Below, piece after piece: positions 1-8,013 of a stretch of DNA of 41,166 nucleotides. The position numbers were made by a program, and so were the translations under genes. The DNA lies in the IMG/VR virus record IMGVR_UViG_3300028886_000031, positions 280,485-321,650 of that record; one strand, given 5' to 3'. Under the pieces are notes generated by a model. That model did not search any database. It saw only the letters and a program-made list of their open reading frames with translations, and was not told where the DNA came from. The first letter of the stretch is position 1; each line of letters begins with the position of its first letter. The stretch comes from a virus (taxonomy: Duplodnaviria > Heunggongvirae > Uroviricota > Caudoviricetes).

Positions 1-225
1 TTATCAATATATCTTAAGTTTTTAAAACAGAGGGCTTATGCTGAATTACCAAAACAGATAGAAAAAAATCAAAAAGATTTTAAATATTATAATGGTTTAA
101 TTAAAGAACTTAATCATACTCTAGAAGTGTTAAAGACACAGTTAGATAAATATAATCAAGATACTAAATTGACTCCAATAAGCTTGGAAGATATAGGTTT
201 TGAGGATAAAAATGAAGCAGAATAA
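1..225 (+). CDS. Hypothetical protein, 5'-truncated by window edge
   Basis: Frame 1 is open from base 1 to TAA at 223-225 (ends ...EDIGFEDKNEAE) and abuts the next gene. Confidence 0.55.
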   Translation, partial: LSIYLKFLKQRAYAELPKQIEKNQKDFKYYNGLIKELNHTLEVLKTQLDKYNQDTKLTPISLEDIGFEDKNEAE

Positions 226-562
226 AATGATGAAAGTTCGAATGGATATTGTCGATTTGTATGATATCCCGAGAAAATTTCATTTTATAAAAGAGAATCA
301 TATTTTAGAAACATCATGGAATTTAATCTGGTTATATAAAAAATGTTTAAGAATGGGATATGATATTAGAGAAGCTGAAATAGAAAAGAAGTATTTTGAA
401 TATCAGATGGATCCAAAGACAAGACGTGTAGGACTTATTCCTATTGAAGAGCCTTCTATTAAGTATCACTTAGATAAATATTTTCATGGAAAGGAAATGG
501 ACAGAGTACTCAAGAAGTACAATTACACTAAGAGAAAGGAAAAAGAGAATGGGACAGTTTAG
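212..562 (+). CDS. Hypothetical phage protein
   Basis: ORF 200..562; ATG at 212 (GAGG upstream) or 227 is more plausible than the track start; no recognisable motif. Confidence 0.7.
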   Translation: MKQNKMMKVRMDIVDLYDIPRKFHFIKENHILETSWNLIWLYKKCLRMGYDIREAEIEKKYFEYQMDPKTRRVGLIPIEEPSIKYHLDKYFHGKEMDRVLKKYNYTKRKEKENGTV

Positions 563-1085
563 TTGGTTCTCTCAAGATACAAATGAACAGATATTTAATG
601 ATGCACCTGCTGGAACTCAAACGGTGCATATGGTAGATCCACGTGATGGAACAGATTATGTAGAAACAGATTATGATGGATATGGTAGATTTGGCGGACT
701 AGATTTCTATTGTTTAATTGTTGATATTAACAAAAAATTTCTTCTCGAATATACATTTGCTTATAAACCACAAGAAGATATAGATAAATTTGAGAAACTT
801 TTAGAAAAAGATAATAAGGATTTAACAGAAAATGAAATAATAGATAAAAGAGGTATTGGAATAGATTTGTGGTTTACGTATTTTGAACCAAAAAGAGGTG
901 GTCTTCTTGGTCGCGGAAACCAAGAAGATGCTGATAGATTTAGAAAAGAACATAATCTTCTGTCGCCAATTCTTGTTATGGATTATGATAGCTGGAGACT
1001 TTACGCCAATCCAGAGAGTTATCCAGAAAGTGATCCTGATCAAGGATGGGGATATGGAATGGAAGATGAAAGTGAAGAGGAATGA
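549..1085 (+). CDS. Hypothetical phage protein (MGQFSWF... start)
   Basis: ATG at 549 preceded by AAAGGA; overlaps previous stop; acidic C-terminus. Confidence 0.8.
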   Translation: MGQFSWFSQDTNEQIFNDAPAGTQTVHMVDPRDGTDYVETDYDGYGRFGGLDFYCLIVDINKKFLLEYTFAYKPQEDIDKFEKLLEKDNKDLTENEIIDKRGIGIDLWFTYFEPKRGGLLGRGNQEDADRFRKEHNLLSPILVMDYDSWRLYANPESYPESDPDQGWGYGMEDESEEE

Positions 1086-1318
1086 CGACTGTAGACTTAA
1101 CAGTTAGAATATGTGCTAAAGGCTATCTAGAAGAAAACATAGTGTCTGGTGATGGGGCTCGTGAAATATTTACACATGAGCCATTACTGGAAGATAAAAT
1201 AAAAAAGTTTATATTATCATTAAATTCAACAATATCACAAGATGATATTGTTGTTGACGTTATAGATGCTGAGATTGTGGATATAGATAACAAAAAGACA
1301 AAAGGAAAAAACACATAA
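1082..1318 (+). CDS. Hypothetical protein
   Basis: ATGA overlap with upstream gene, GAGG SD; 78 aa. Confidence 0.7.
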   Translation: MTTVDLTVRICAKGYLEENIVSGDGAREIFTHEPLLEDKIKKFILSLNSTISQDDIVVDVIDAEIVDIDNKKTKGKNT

Positions 1319-1695
1319 TGTTTTTGTGGGTAGTAACAGCTGTTGATATTGGGGACTCTTGTGATGGTAAAGCAAGAGTCCTTAAAATATGTAGATCTAA
1401 AGAAGAAGCTGAACAATATATACATGATGATATGACTGATTATTATAATACTCATGATTGTGTAATAAATTCTGATAAAATGTGTGCATGGACAGACTTC
1501 TCTGAAACCAATGGATGTATATGGAATTTAGAAAAAATACACATTACTTCTAATTGTATTACTTCAGAAGCTGAAATTAAAAAATCAGAACAAGTTCTCA
1601 TAGATAATGGTATAGAAAAAGATGAAGCACAAGTTGTTTTACAAGCACTTGGATATACTTTATTGAGTATAGAATTGTATCCAGAAAAGAAGTAA
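1318..1695 (+). CDS. Hypothetical phage protein
   Basis: TAATG coupling; C-terminal EQVLIDNGIEKDEAQVVLQALGY segment resembles small proteins I recall from Bacillota mobile elements. Confidence 0.75.
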   Translation: MFLWVVTAVDIGDSCDGKARVLKICRSKEEAEQYIHDDMTDYYNTHDCVINSDKMCAWTDFSETNGCIWNLEKIHITSNCITSEAEIKKSEQVLIDNGIEKDEAQVVLQALGYTLLSIELYPEKK

Positions 1696-1710
1696 GAAGG
1701 AGAAGAATGA

Positions 1711-2088
1711 ATGGGCTATACAACACAGTTTAAAGGAACATTTAAGTTAAATAAACCTTTAACAGATGAGTTATCCAGGAAATTAATAGAATTTTCTGAT
1801 ACAAGACATTGCAGAAAAAATGATTATAATGAAGTTGAACCAGGACTTCCTGGCTTGTGGTGTCAATGGATACCAAACAGAAACAATACAGGTATAGAAT
1901 GGGACGGTGGAGAGAAATTTTATGATTATATTGAATGGCTACAATATATTATCGATAATTTTTTAAAACCAGAAGGTTATGAAATCACCGAAGATTCTAA
2001 AGTATCATATAGAGGTGAAAAATTTGAAGATGTTGGATATATTTATGTTAAGAACGGAAAAGTTATAAAAGAAAGTATAAACCTATGA
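1711..2088 (+). CDS. Conserved phage protein of unknown function (MGYTT...WDGGEKFY family)
   Basis: AAGGAG SD; motifs MGYTTQFKG, CQW, WDGGEKFYDYIEWL, YRGE. Confidence 0.8.
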   Translation: MGYTTQFKGTFKLNKPLTDELSRKLIEFSDTRHCRKNDYNEVEPGLPGLWCQWIPNRNNTGIEWDGGEKFYDYIEWLQYIIDNFLKPEGYEITEDSKVSYRGEKFEDVGYIYVKNGKVIKESINL

Positions 2089-2654
2089 TGATCAGAAATG
2101 ACTTTGTTTCAAATAGTTCTAGTAGCAGTTTTATTATAGATAGAGAATCTTGGGATAGAGTTACTGGAGGAGATACTTTTGGATTAGATTATTCTACATA
2201 TACATTATATGGAATATGTGACTTTAATTCTTACTTGCTAGACATACAGCTTGGTCCTTGGCTTATGCTAAATAACTATAAGCTAGATAATTTTAAAATA
2301 ATCCCTGATAAAAAATGGATTGAGATATTTGTGGATCAAGCTGTCAGTGGATACATTGTTCCAGAATCGTTAAAAGAATATGCTCTTAAATTTGAGGTAG
2401 CGTTTGATAAATATGCCAAAGGTGAAGTAGATGCTAAATATATTTATGATAATGTTAAAAATCCATACGTTAAAGACGTTATAGATAAAATTATTAAACC
2501 AAATGTTCCAAATATGGATTTAATATATGTATCTGGTAGTGATCACGATCAAAGTGATCCAGATTATGATAATAATGAAGATAAAGTTAGATCTATATGC
2601 TGGGATATATCAAGTAAAGGAACTAAATTCTTCAGAGCAAATACTGGACACTAA
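2085..2654 (+). CDS. FVSNSSS-leader protein 1
   Basis: N-terminus MMIRNDFVSNSSSSSFII; ATGA overlap with upstream gene. Confidence 0.85.
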   Translation: MMIRNDFVSNSSSSSFIIDRESWDRVTGGDTFGLDYSTYTLYGICDFNSYLLDIQLGPWLMLNNYKLDNFKIIPDKKWIEIFVDQAVSGYIVPESLKEYALKFEVAFDKYAKGEVDAKYIYDNVKNPYVKDVIDKIIKPNVPNMDLIYVSGSDHDQSDPDYDNNEDKVRSICWDISSKGTKFFRANTGH

Positions 2655-2669
2655 TGAAAGGAAAACAGA

Positions 2670-3032
2670 ATGATTCGTAATGACTTTGTTTCAAATAGTT
2701 CGAGTACCAGTTTTATGATAGTTGGATATTGTTCCAATTATGATGAGATTGTTGAAAATCTAGAATCACGTGGAATAGATAGAGATGGTGAAGAAAACGT
2801 AGGTTCTCTATGCGATTTGTTAATAGAGAAAACACATGCTGACCTTGGTCACGAAGAAGAAATAACAGATGATCCATATAACTGCTGGTTTGGATTAGGT
2901 TATGTAAATATGGAAGATGATGAGACTAAGAAAGAATTTAAAGAAAGAATTCTTAAAGAAGTTAAAAAGATATTTCCTAATGCGACTATGAAAGATATTG
3001 TATACGAATGTCAAGGAGGTTACAATGGTTAG
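2670..3032 (+). CDS. FVSNSSS-leader protein 2
   Basis: N-terminus MIRNDFVSNSSSTSFMI; GAAAGGA SD. Confidence 0.85.
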   Translation: MIRNDFVSNSSSTSFMIVGYCSNYDEIVENLESRGIDRDGEENVGSLCDLLIEKTHADLGHEEEITDDPYNCWFGLGYVNMEDDETKKEFKERILKEVKKIFPNATMKDIVYECQGGYNG

Positions 3033-3852
3033 AAATGACTTTGTGTCCAATAGTTCATCTACAAGTTATATAATATCTATTGGAGAAAATTATCCAATTA
3101 AAACATTTATTAAAGATGTTTCTAAAAAATGTATCGATAAAAAATCAGAATATCATTTAGTTAGTTTACTAGATAGAAATATGACGGCATTACAATTTCA
3201 TATTATGAATACACGTCTCTTATTTTTGGGAGAAGTGTATGTAATGGATAAATCATTTAATATTAATTTAAATAAAGTACATAGATGGGAGGATAAAGAG
3301 GAACATAAGAAATCGTTTGATAGACATATGAAAAGAATTTTACAAAGTAAAGATAAGAAATATACTGAATACGATACAACGTGGGAATATGTAAGTAATA
3401 CAAAAATAAAAGGTACAGATCATATTTATCGAAATATGGTTACATATGATATTTTAGATTATGGAAATACATTTGATGTAATAGAATGTGAAAAGAATAA
3501 AAAGTTTGAAAAAGAACATAATGATCGAGTTATTGAATCTCTCAAGGAGTTTTTGAAAAAACTGGATCAGTTCGGACTATATCATAATCCATTTACTTCT
3601 GACATATTTGTCATTGATAAAGATACTATAAAGTTAACAAGATTGATGTTGAAAAAGAATATGAAGATGAGATTTGAAAAATGGGAAGATATAGACAAAC
3701 TAGAAAAGATGTTAGATGATGGTGAAACGATAATCGGAATTAGAGTTGCAAACCACGGTGATGGAATGGATTCCGATACAATATATAACGAGACAGATAA
3801 TTTTGTATTTGAAAATATACCAGTTAAAATTCTGAGTTCAGACATCATGTAG
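3025..3852 (+). CDS. FVSNSSS-leader protein 3
   Basis: Start moved to ATG 3025 (AAGGAGG SD at 3013-3019), giving MVRNDFVSNSSSTSYII like its neighbours. Confidence 0.85.
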   Translation: MVRNDFVSNSSSTSYIISIGENYPIKTFIKDVSKKCIDKKSEYHLVSLLDRNMTALQFHIMNTRLLFLGEVYVMDKSFNINLNKVHRWEDKEEHKKSFDRHMKRILQSKDKKYTEYDTTWEYVSNTKIKGTDHIYRNMVTYDILDYGNTFDVIECEKNKKFEKEHNDRVIESLKEFLKKLDQFGLYHNPFTSDIFVIDKDTIKLTRLMLKKNMKMRFEKWEDIDKLEKMLDDGETIIGIRVANHGDGMDSDTIYNETDNFVFENIPVKILSSDIM

Positions 3853-3867
3853 CGAAAGGAGTATTAA

Positions 3868-4725
3868 ATGATTAGAAATGATTTCGTGTCAAATAGTTCG
3901 TCTAGTAGTTTTATTATTATAAAGTCATTCTTTACAGAACACTTTAAAATTACAGCTCAAGATTTTAAAGATGCGTTAAAGGCACTTGGTATAGAGAAAT
4001 TAGGACATATAATGTGTGATCCAAAAGATAAGAACGAAGCTAAAAAATTCTTTAAAGAATGTGATGATATTCTAAACAGTTGGTGGGCACAAGTTCATCC
4101 AGATCGCGATGAAGGAATGCCTTTTGAATATACAAATTATGGTAAATTTAGAAATACAATTGAAGGACTTGCTAAAGGTTATGATTATATTACAGATTAT
4201 GCCTTTCTAGAAGCATACAATACAAAAAATAAATCTAAGGATGAAAAACTTCCACCAGAACTATATAAAGTATTTTTACATCTTAAAGAAGCATATGAAG
4301 TATATACTATGTCAGAAGTTGCTCATGATAAATCAGTAATGTTCTTATGCCACATGGATGATAATGAAATATGGGGTTTAAAAGATGCCGGTGTTTGGAA
4401 AGTAAAAGATATATATGTAAAAGGAAAAACTAGAAAATCATATGTATCCGAAGAGGATGAAAGACGTGCTAAAGAATGTAAATTTAAAACAGATACATAT
4501 ACATTCGAAAGAATTCTTGAAATACTTGTTAAATATTGGGTATCTATAGGAAAGGTAAACTTAGATGATCCAGAATTTATAAATTTCTGGAAAGTTCCAG
4601 AAGATAGTTGGTGGAAAAGACATGAAAAATATAAGAATAGAGTATATTATTTTGATGGGAAAAAACCTTCATTTGAAGATATTCTAGGAACGTTTACGTA
4701 TGCAGCAAATACTCATGAAGGCTAA
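3868..4725 (+). CDS. FVSNSSS-leader protein 4
   Basis: N-terminus MIRNDFVSNSSSSSFII; GAAAGGAG SD. Confidence 0.85.
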   Translation: MIRNDFVSNSSSSSFIIIKSFFTEHFKITAQDFKDALKALGIEKLGHIMCDPKDKNEAKKFFKECDDILNSWWAQVHPDRDEGMPFEYTNYGKFRNTIEGLAKGYDYITDYAFLEAYNTKNKSKDEKLPPELYKVFLHLKEAYEVYTMSEVAHDKSVMFLCHMDDNEIWGLKDAGVWKVKDIYVKGKTRKSYVSEEDERRAKECKFKTDTYTFERILEILVKYWVSIGKVNLDDPEFINFWKVPEDSWWKRHEKYKNRVYYFDGKKPSFEDILGTFTYAANTHEG

Positions 4726-4732
4726 TCGGAAA

Positions 4733-4768
4733 GGAGTTGTAAAGTAATTCTTTACAACTCCATTTTTT
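4733..4768 (+). terminator. Intrinsic terminator
   Basis: Perfect 12-bp stem GGAGTTGTAAAG/CTTTACAACTCC, 5-nt loop, then T6; closes the FVSNSSS array. Confidence 0.85.
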
Positions 4769-4785
4769 AAAGAAAGGAGTGCTGT

Positions 4786-5091
4786 ATGACAACAACTGTA
4801 GATAAATATAAATTTAGAGGTAGAAAACTTATATTGGAATGGGGAAAATTAAAGATTGAAGTATCTAAACTTCCTTATGGAAAAGAAGGAAAAGATCCAT
4901 TATTTAAATTACATGGAAGTGATGTTATTCTTGCTAACATATATGAAGATTCTAATGGAAAATTATTCGATGAAATAATTGGACCACCAGCTGGACCAAA
5001 AGGTAATGGAACATGTCTAGAAGGTAGACTTCTAGAAGATTATTTCACTCTTGATGAATTTTGGAAGGCACAAAATGAAGTAATTAATTAA
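4786..5091 (+). CDS. Hypothetical protein
   Basis: GAAAGGAG SD; 101 aa. Confidence 0.8.
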   Translation: MTTTVDKYKFRGRKLILEWGKLKIEVSKLPYGKEGKDPLFKLHGSDVILANIYEDSNGKLFDEIIGPPAGPKGNGTCLEGRLLEDYFTLDEFWKAQNEVIN

Positions 5092-5100
5092 AGGAGTTGT

Positions 5101-5472
5101 ATGTCAAGCACAAACGAAACAAAGACATATAAAGATCATCTAGAAGAAGCTAAGAAAAATTCTAAAATAAAATCATTTGTTGAATTATCAGATGATCCAC
5201 GTCTTGTTGAATTAGATAGACTAGTTAGAACACATGCCAAATCACATTTTGATGCATTTCCAGAAATATCACATAAAATTAGTACAGATGAACAGTATAA
5301 AGAAGCGTATAGAAAATTCTGTAGTACAAGGGAAACAAATAATCCAATCATAGAAGATATTATCAAACCAATGGCTGACTATTGGTTTATGCGAAGAAAC
5401 CTAGAAAGATATGTTCACGTTTGGCGTTCATGCTTAGATTCTTATTGTGACGATGTTGTTTTATTTGCGTAA
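5101..5472 (+). CDS. Hypothetical protein
   Basis: AAAGGAG SD; 123 aa. Confidence 0.8.
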   Translation: MSSTNETKTYKDHLEEAKKNSKIKSFVELSDDPRLVELDRLVRTHAKSHFDAFPEISHKISTDEQYKEAYRKFCSTRETNNPIIEDIIKPMADYWFMRRNLERYVHVWRSCLDSYCDDVVLFA

Positions 5473-5484
5473 GGAGGAATACTC

Positions 5485-5682
5485 ATGGAATGTACAATGC
5501 CAACAGCTAAGTTTACACCTATAGATAGCGAAAAAACAAAGGAATATATTCTTGAATGTTTAAGTGAAGCAAATAGAGGACTCAGTTTTTTGCATACAGA
5601 ACATAGTAAAGTTACTCAATTATTAAAAAATAAAATATTTAAAATCGAAAAAGAAATTGAATTGATGTATCACGGAGATTAA
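5485..5682 (+). CDS. Hypothetical protein
   Basis: AAGGAGG SD; 65 aa. Confidence 0.75.
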   Translation: MECTMPTAKFTPIDSEKTKEYILECLSEANRGLSFLHTEHSKVTQLLKNKIFKIEKEIELMYHGD

Positions 5683-5684
5683 AA

Positions 5685-6218
5685 ATGGCACCAACAGAAG
5701 TTACAAAATATATAATATATTATCGTTACCAAAACGAATCTACTATACACTCGAATGAAAATATACATTCAGATGAACAATCTAGTGTAATGTATAACGA
5801 TCTAGAAAGCGCTAAATATGTATGTGAAACATTAAACATAGAAGCTTCTGACAGCACAAAGAAGTATGTGGTATATGAAGTTAAGTTAATAATGACATCC
5901 ATGAGAGAAGTATATAGACTAGATAATGAAAATACTAAATCATGCTGGTATTTACATAATCGAAAATGGCATCCAATCCGAGATGTTAACGGTGATGAAA
6001 TAGATAATTTTGATGAACAATCAAAATCGGACTATGAATATTATAAATCGTTAAACATAGAAGATGATAGTGAAACAATTTTAAATGAATTCATACCGTC
6101 TACCTGTGACTTTATAGTCTACGCTCATAATAAAAGATTTGGGTTTATTAAGGGAATTGATATTAAGAAGGTGAGTGACCTTGTAAGACTTGTTAGAATG
6201 TCTTATTGTAGAGACTGA
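5685..6218 (+). CDS. Hypothetical protein
   Basis: GGAG SD; 177 aa in a packed operon. Confidence 0.75.
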   Translation: MAPTEVTKYIIYYRYQNESTIHSNENIHSDEQSSVMYNDLESAKYVCETLNIEASDSTKKYVVYEVKLIMTSMREVYRLDNENTKSCWYLHNRKWHPIRDVNGDEIDNFDEQSKSDYEYYKSLNIEDDSETILNEFIPSTCDFIVYAHNKRFGFIKGIDIKKVSDLVRLVRMSYCRD

Positions 6219-6229
6219 AAGGAGAAAGA

Positions 6230-6382
6230 ATGGCTAGGAAATCAATCACAGAACAGATAAAGGAAGTTCTTAGACGATATTTCGAATGTGATGATCATGG
6301 ACATGAAAATGAAGAATATGATCCATATCTTTCAGCACAAGATGTTGTTGATGAAATTCATGATATTGTAGGAGATATTTAA
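6230..6382 (+). CDS. Small hypothetical protein (50 aa, MARKSITEQIKEVL...), not in ORF track
   Basis: GAAAGGAG SD, ATG 6230, TAA 6380-6382; read manually. Confidence 0.75.
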   Translation: MARKSITEQIKEVLRRYFECDDHGHENEEYDPYLSAQDVVDEIHDIVGDI

Positions 6383-6426
6383 CTGATGAACAATCATATT
6401 CTTGATAGATATGTATTTAAAAATAT

Positions 6427-6440
6427 CGAATAATTTTAAA
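6427..6440 (+). promoter_or_regulatory. Candidate phage late-type promoter motif
   Basis: CGAATAATTTTAAA, variant of the recurrent (C/T)GAATAAA(A/T)TTAAA motif, upstream of the tRNA cluster. Confidence 0.45.
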
Positions 6441-6475
6441 TGTTCAAAAGTTTCTATATATATATTTTTTAAATT

Positions 6476-6547
6476 GTGAGTGTCCCAACGTGTTCATTCG
6501 TTTACCAACAATTTTAAATCGGGCGAATAGACTCACTTGGCACTCAC
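6476..6547 (+). other. 72-nt bulged stem-loop in the tRNA leader
   Basis: Nested pairings GTGAGTG/CACTCAC, CCAA/TTGG, GTG/CAC, ATTCG/CGAAT and TTT/GGG (G-U); ends 8 nt before tRNA-Ile2. Confidence 0.6.
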
Positions 6548-6555
6548 TCTTACAT

Positions 6556-6632
6556 GGACCCATAGCTCAGTCGGTCAGAGCAGGTGACTCATAATCATCT
6601 GGTCGCAGGTTCAAGTCCTGCTGGGTCCACCA
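6556..6632 (+). tRNA. tRNA-Ile2 (anticodon CAT, lysidine type)
   Basis: Full cloverleaf with encoded CCA; paired 1:72, no triple G-C anticodon stem; body closely resembles E. coli ileX as recalled (AGAGCAGG.GACTCATAATC..TGGTCGC.GGTTCAAGTCC); C4-G69 and C5-G68 present. Confidence 0.85.
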
Positions 6633-6639
6633 CAATTTG

Positions 6640-6705
6640 CTCCCACGGTAGAACAAAGACTCCTCATTGTTCCTTTGTGAAACGGTCTGCCGTGGGAGTT
6701 TTTTT
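6640..6705 (+). terminator. Long bulged hairpin plus T7, probable terminator
   Basis: 13-bp stem CTCCCACGGTAGA/TCTGCCGTGGGAG (one U-G), inner ACAAAG/CTTTGT, then TTTTTTT. Confidence 0.75.
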
Positions 6706-6738
6706 ATTTCACTTATTTTTTTAAGGAGGTTGTTTAAA

Positions 6739-6975
6739 ATGACAAATAAAGAACTAATTAATATTCTTTCAAAATTCCCAAAAGAATCTCAAGTAAATTT
6801 CTGTTTATTTTCAAATTTTACTCCAAGAAGATGTGATGTAAAAGATTCAAATATAATGATTAAACATTCTCCTCATACAGGATTGTTGAACATTATGATA
6901 GATCTTGAAAAATATTGGGAAGATGATATATTAAATTGTATACATAAGAATATGAACGGATTTAATAGACTATAA
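6739..6975 (+). CDS. Small hypothetical phage protein (MTNKELINIL...)
   Basis: AAGGAGG SD points to ATG 6739; the track start lies inside the terminator. Confidence 0.75.
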   Translation: MTNKELINILSKFPKESQVNFCLFSNFTPRRCDVKDSNIMIKHSPHTGLLNIMIDLEKYWEDDILNCIHKNMNGFNRL

Positions 6976-7009
6976 GAATATAATTTTGAATATATTATAG
7001 ATAAGATAT

Positions 7010-7096
7010 TCGGAGGTGAGCCGAATAGGTAAGGCAACGGGCTGTTAACCCGTCTGGGAAACCTAACTGCGGGATCGTGACCCGCCCTCCGAGCCA
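7010..7096 (+). tRNA. tRNA-Asn (GTT) with long variable arm
   Basis: Acceptor TCGGAGG/CCTCCGA, G73, CCA; anticodon arm ACGGG-CTGTTAA-CCCGT; 15-nt variable region; T-loop ATCGTGA. Confidence 0.85.
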
Positions 7097-7108
7097 TTTT
7101 AATACATT

Positions 7109-7804
7109 ATGAGAAAAATTGTAAATACAAATATATACAGAAGCTATATTTTTCATGGTAGACTTGGAAATATATGCTATCAGTTATGTCATTTGATGAA
7201 TTTTATAGATAAAAATCATCAAAAATTGGAAAAACTTGTTCTAGATTTAAATTATTCGGATGTATCTCCTTATCATACAACATCTCAATATGTTATTAGA
7301 GATAATCTACCATTCTTTAATTATTTTTCTAATAATTTAAGGGATGATTTTGATCTTATTAAAAATAAACTTATTTATTATAAAGCGTATTATGAACCTT
7401 TAGTTGTTAAACCAGAATATGCTTATAAAATATTTTATAACAAAGAATTATATTCTCCAATAATAGAAAAGTATCCAGATATTTCTAATTATATATCTAT
7501 ACATATAAGACGAACAGACTTTTTTAATTATTGCCCAAGATGCATAGCAAAAAAAGATACTGTTAAAAAAATTATAGACAAGTATCCAAAAGTTATGATT
7601 TTTAGCGATGATATGGATTATTGTGCGAAAAATTTTACAGATTCTAATGTTAGTTTAATTCATAATAAAGAAGAATATAATGATATAATTATGATGTCTC
7701 TAACATCTAAGATATATAATCTTAGTTATAGCACGTTTAGTAATTTTGCCATCAAATTAAAAGATGGTATAGAACAATCACAGACTAAACTTAATAAACA
7801 ATAA
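7109..7804 (+). CDS. GT11 family glycosyltransferase (alpha-1,2-fucosyltransferase-like)
   Basis: GRLGN, SIHIRRTDF, IFSDDMDY, DIIMMS and YSTFS match the GT11 motif series. Confidence 0.8.
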   Translation: MRKIVNTNIYRSYIFHGRLGNICYQLCHLMNFIDKNHQKLEKLVLDLNYSDVSPYHTTSQYVIRDNLPFFNYFSNNLRDDFDLIKNKLIYYKAYYEPLVVKPEYAYKIFYNKELYSPIIEKYPDISNYISIHIRRTDFFNYCPRCIAKKDTVKKIIDKYPKVMIFSDDMDYCAKNFTDSNVSLIHNKEEYNDIIMMSLTSKIYNLSYSTFSNFAIKLKDGIEQSQTKLNKQ

Positions 7805-7808
7805 ATAC

Positions 7809-7866
7809 GGGCCGATAGTGATAGCGGTAGCACTTCTGCTTTGTACGCAGAGAGTAGGGTTCGAAT
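7809..7866 (+). pseudogene. 5' fragment of an Ala-like tRNA (anticodon reads TGT), broken at the T-loop
   Basis: GGGCCGA acceptor 5' strand, D-arm, TCTGC-TTTGTAC-GCAGA anticodon arm, GGTTCGAAT; no 3' T-stem, acceptor strand or CCA follows. Confidence 0.75.
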
Positions 7867-7886
7867 TTACCTTCTTGTGTCATTTT

Positions 7887-7964
7887 TGTAGATTGACAAC
7901 ATGATGTCTAACATGGTAGGAAAAACATCTAACCGTCTTTTCCTATGTCAATCTACACTTTTTT
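7887..7964 (+). terminator. Branched hairpin plus T6 upstream of the HNH gene
   Basis: GTAGATTGACA/TGTCAATCTAC outer stem, TAGGAAAA/TTTTCCTA inner stem, then T-run. Confidence 0.6.
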
Positions 7965-7967
7965 ACT

Positions 7968-7981
7968 CGAATAAAATTAAA
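7968..7981 (+). promoter_or_regulatory. Candidate late promoter
   Basis: CGAATAAAATTAAA, identical to 28427-28440; starts 46 nt upstream of the HNH ATG. Confidence 0.55.
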
Positions 7982-8013
7982 TTAGACAATTTTTATTAAA
8001 GGTTAGAATTTTT

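Noticed and set aside
6556-6632. Elongator or initiator tRNA-Met call for the first CAT tRNA
   Set aside because: Paired 1:72, no triple G-C anticodon stem, body matches Ile2 (ileX-like); a separate true initiator is at 9137
6667-7097. Track ORF starts at 6667 (+) and ORF 6873..7097 (-)
   Set aside because: 6667 lies inside a terminator hairpin (real start 6739); the minus ORF is the antisense read of tRNA-Asn
7809-7866. Functional tRNA-Thr (TGT)
   Set aside because: No 3' T-stem, acceptor strand or CCA; loop context is Ala-like, so treated as a broken gene
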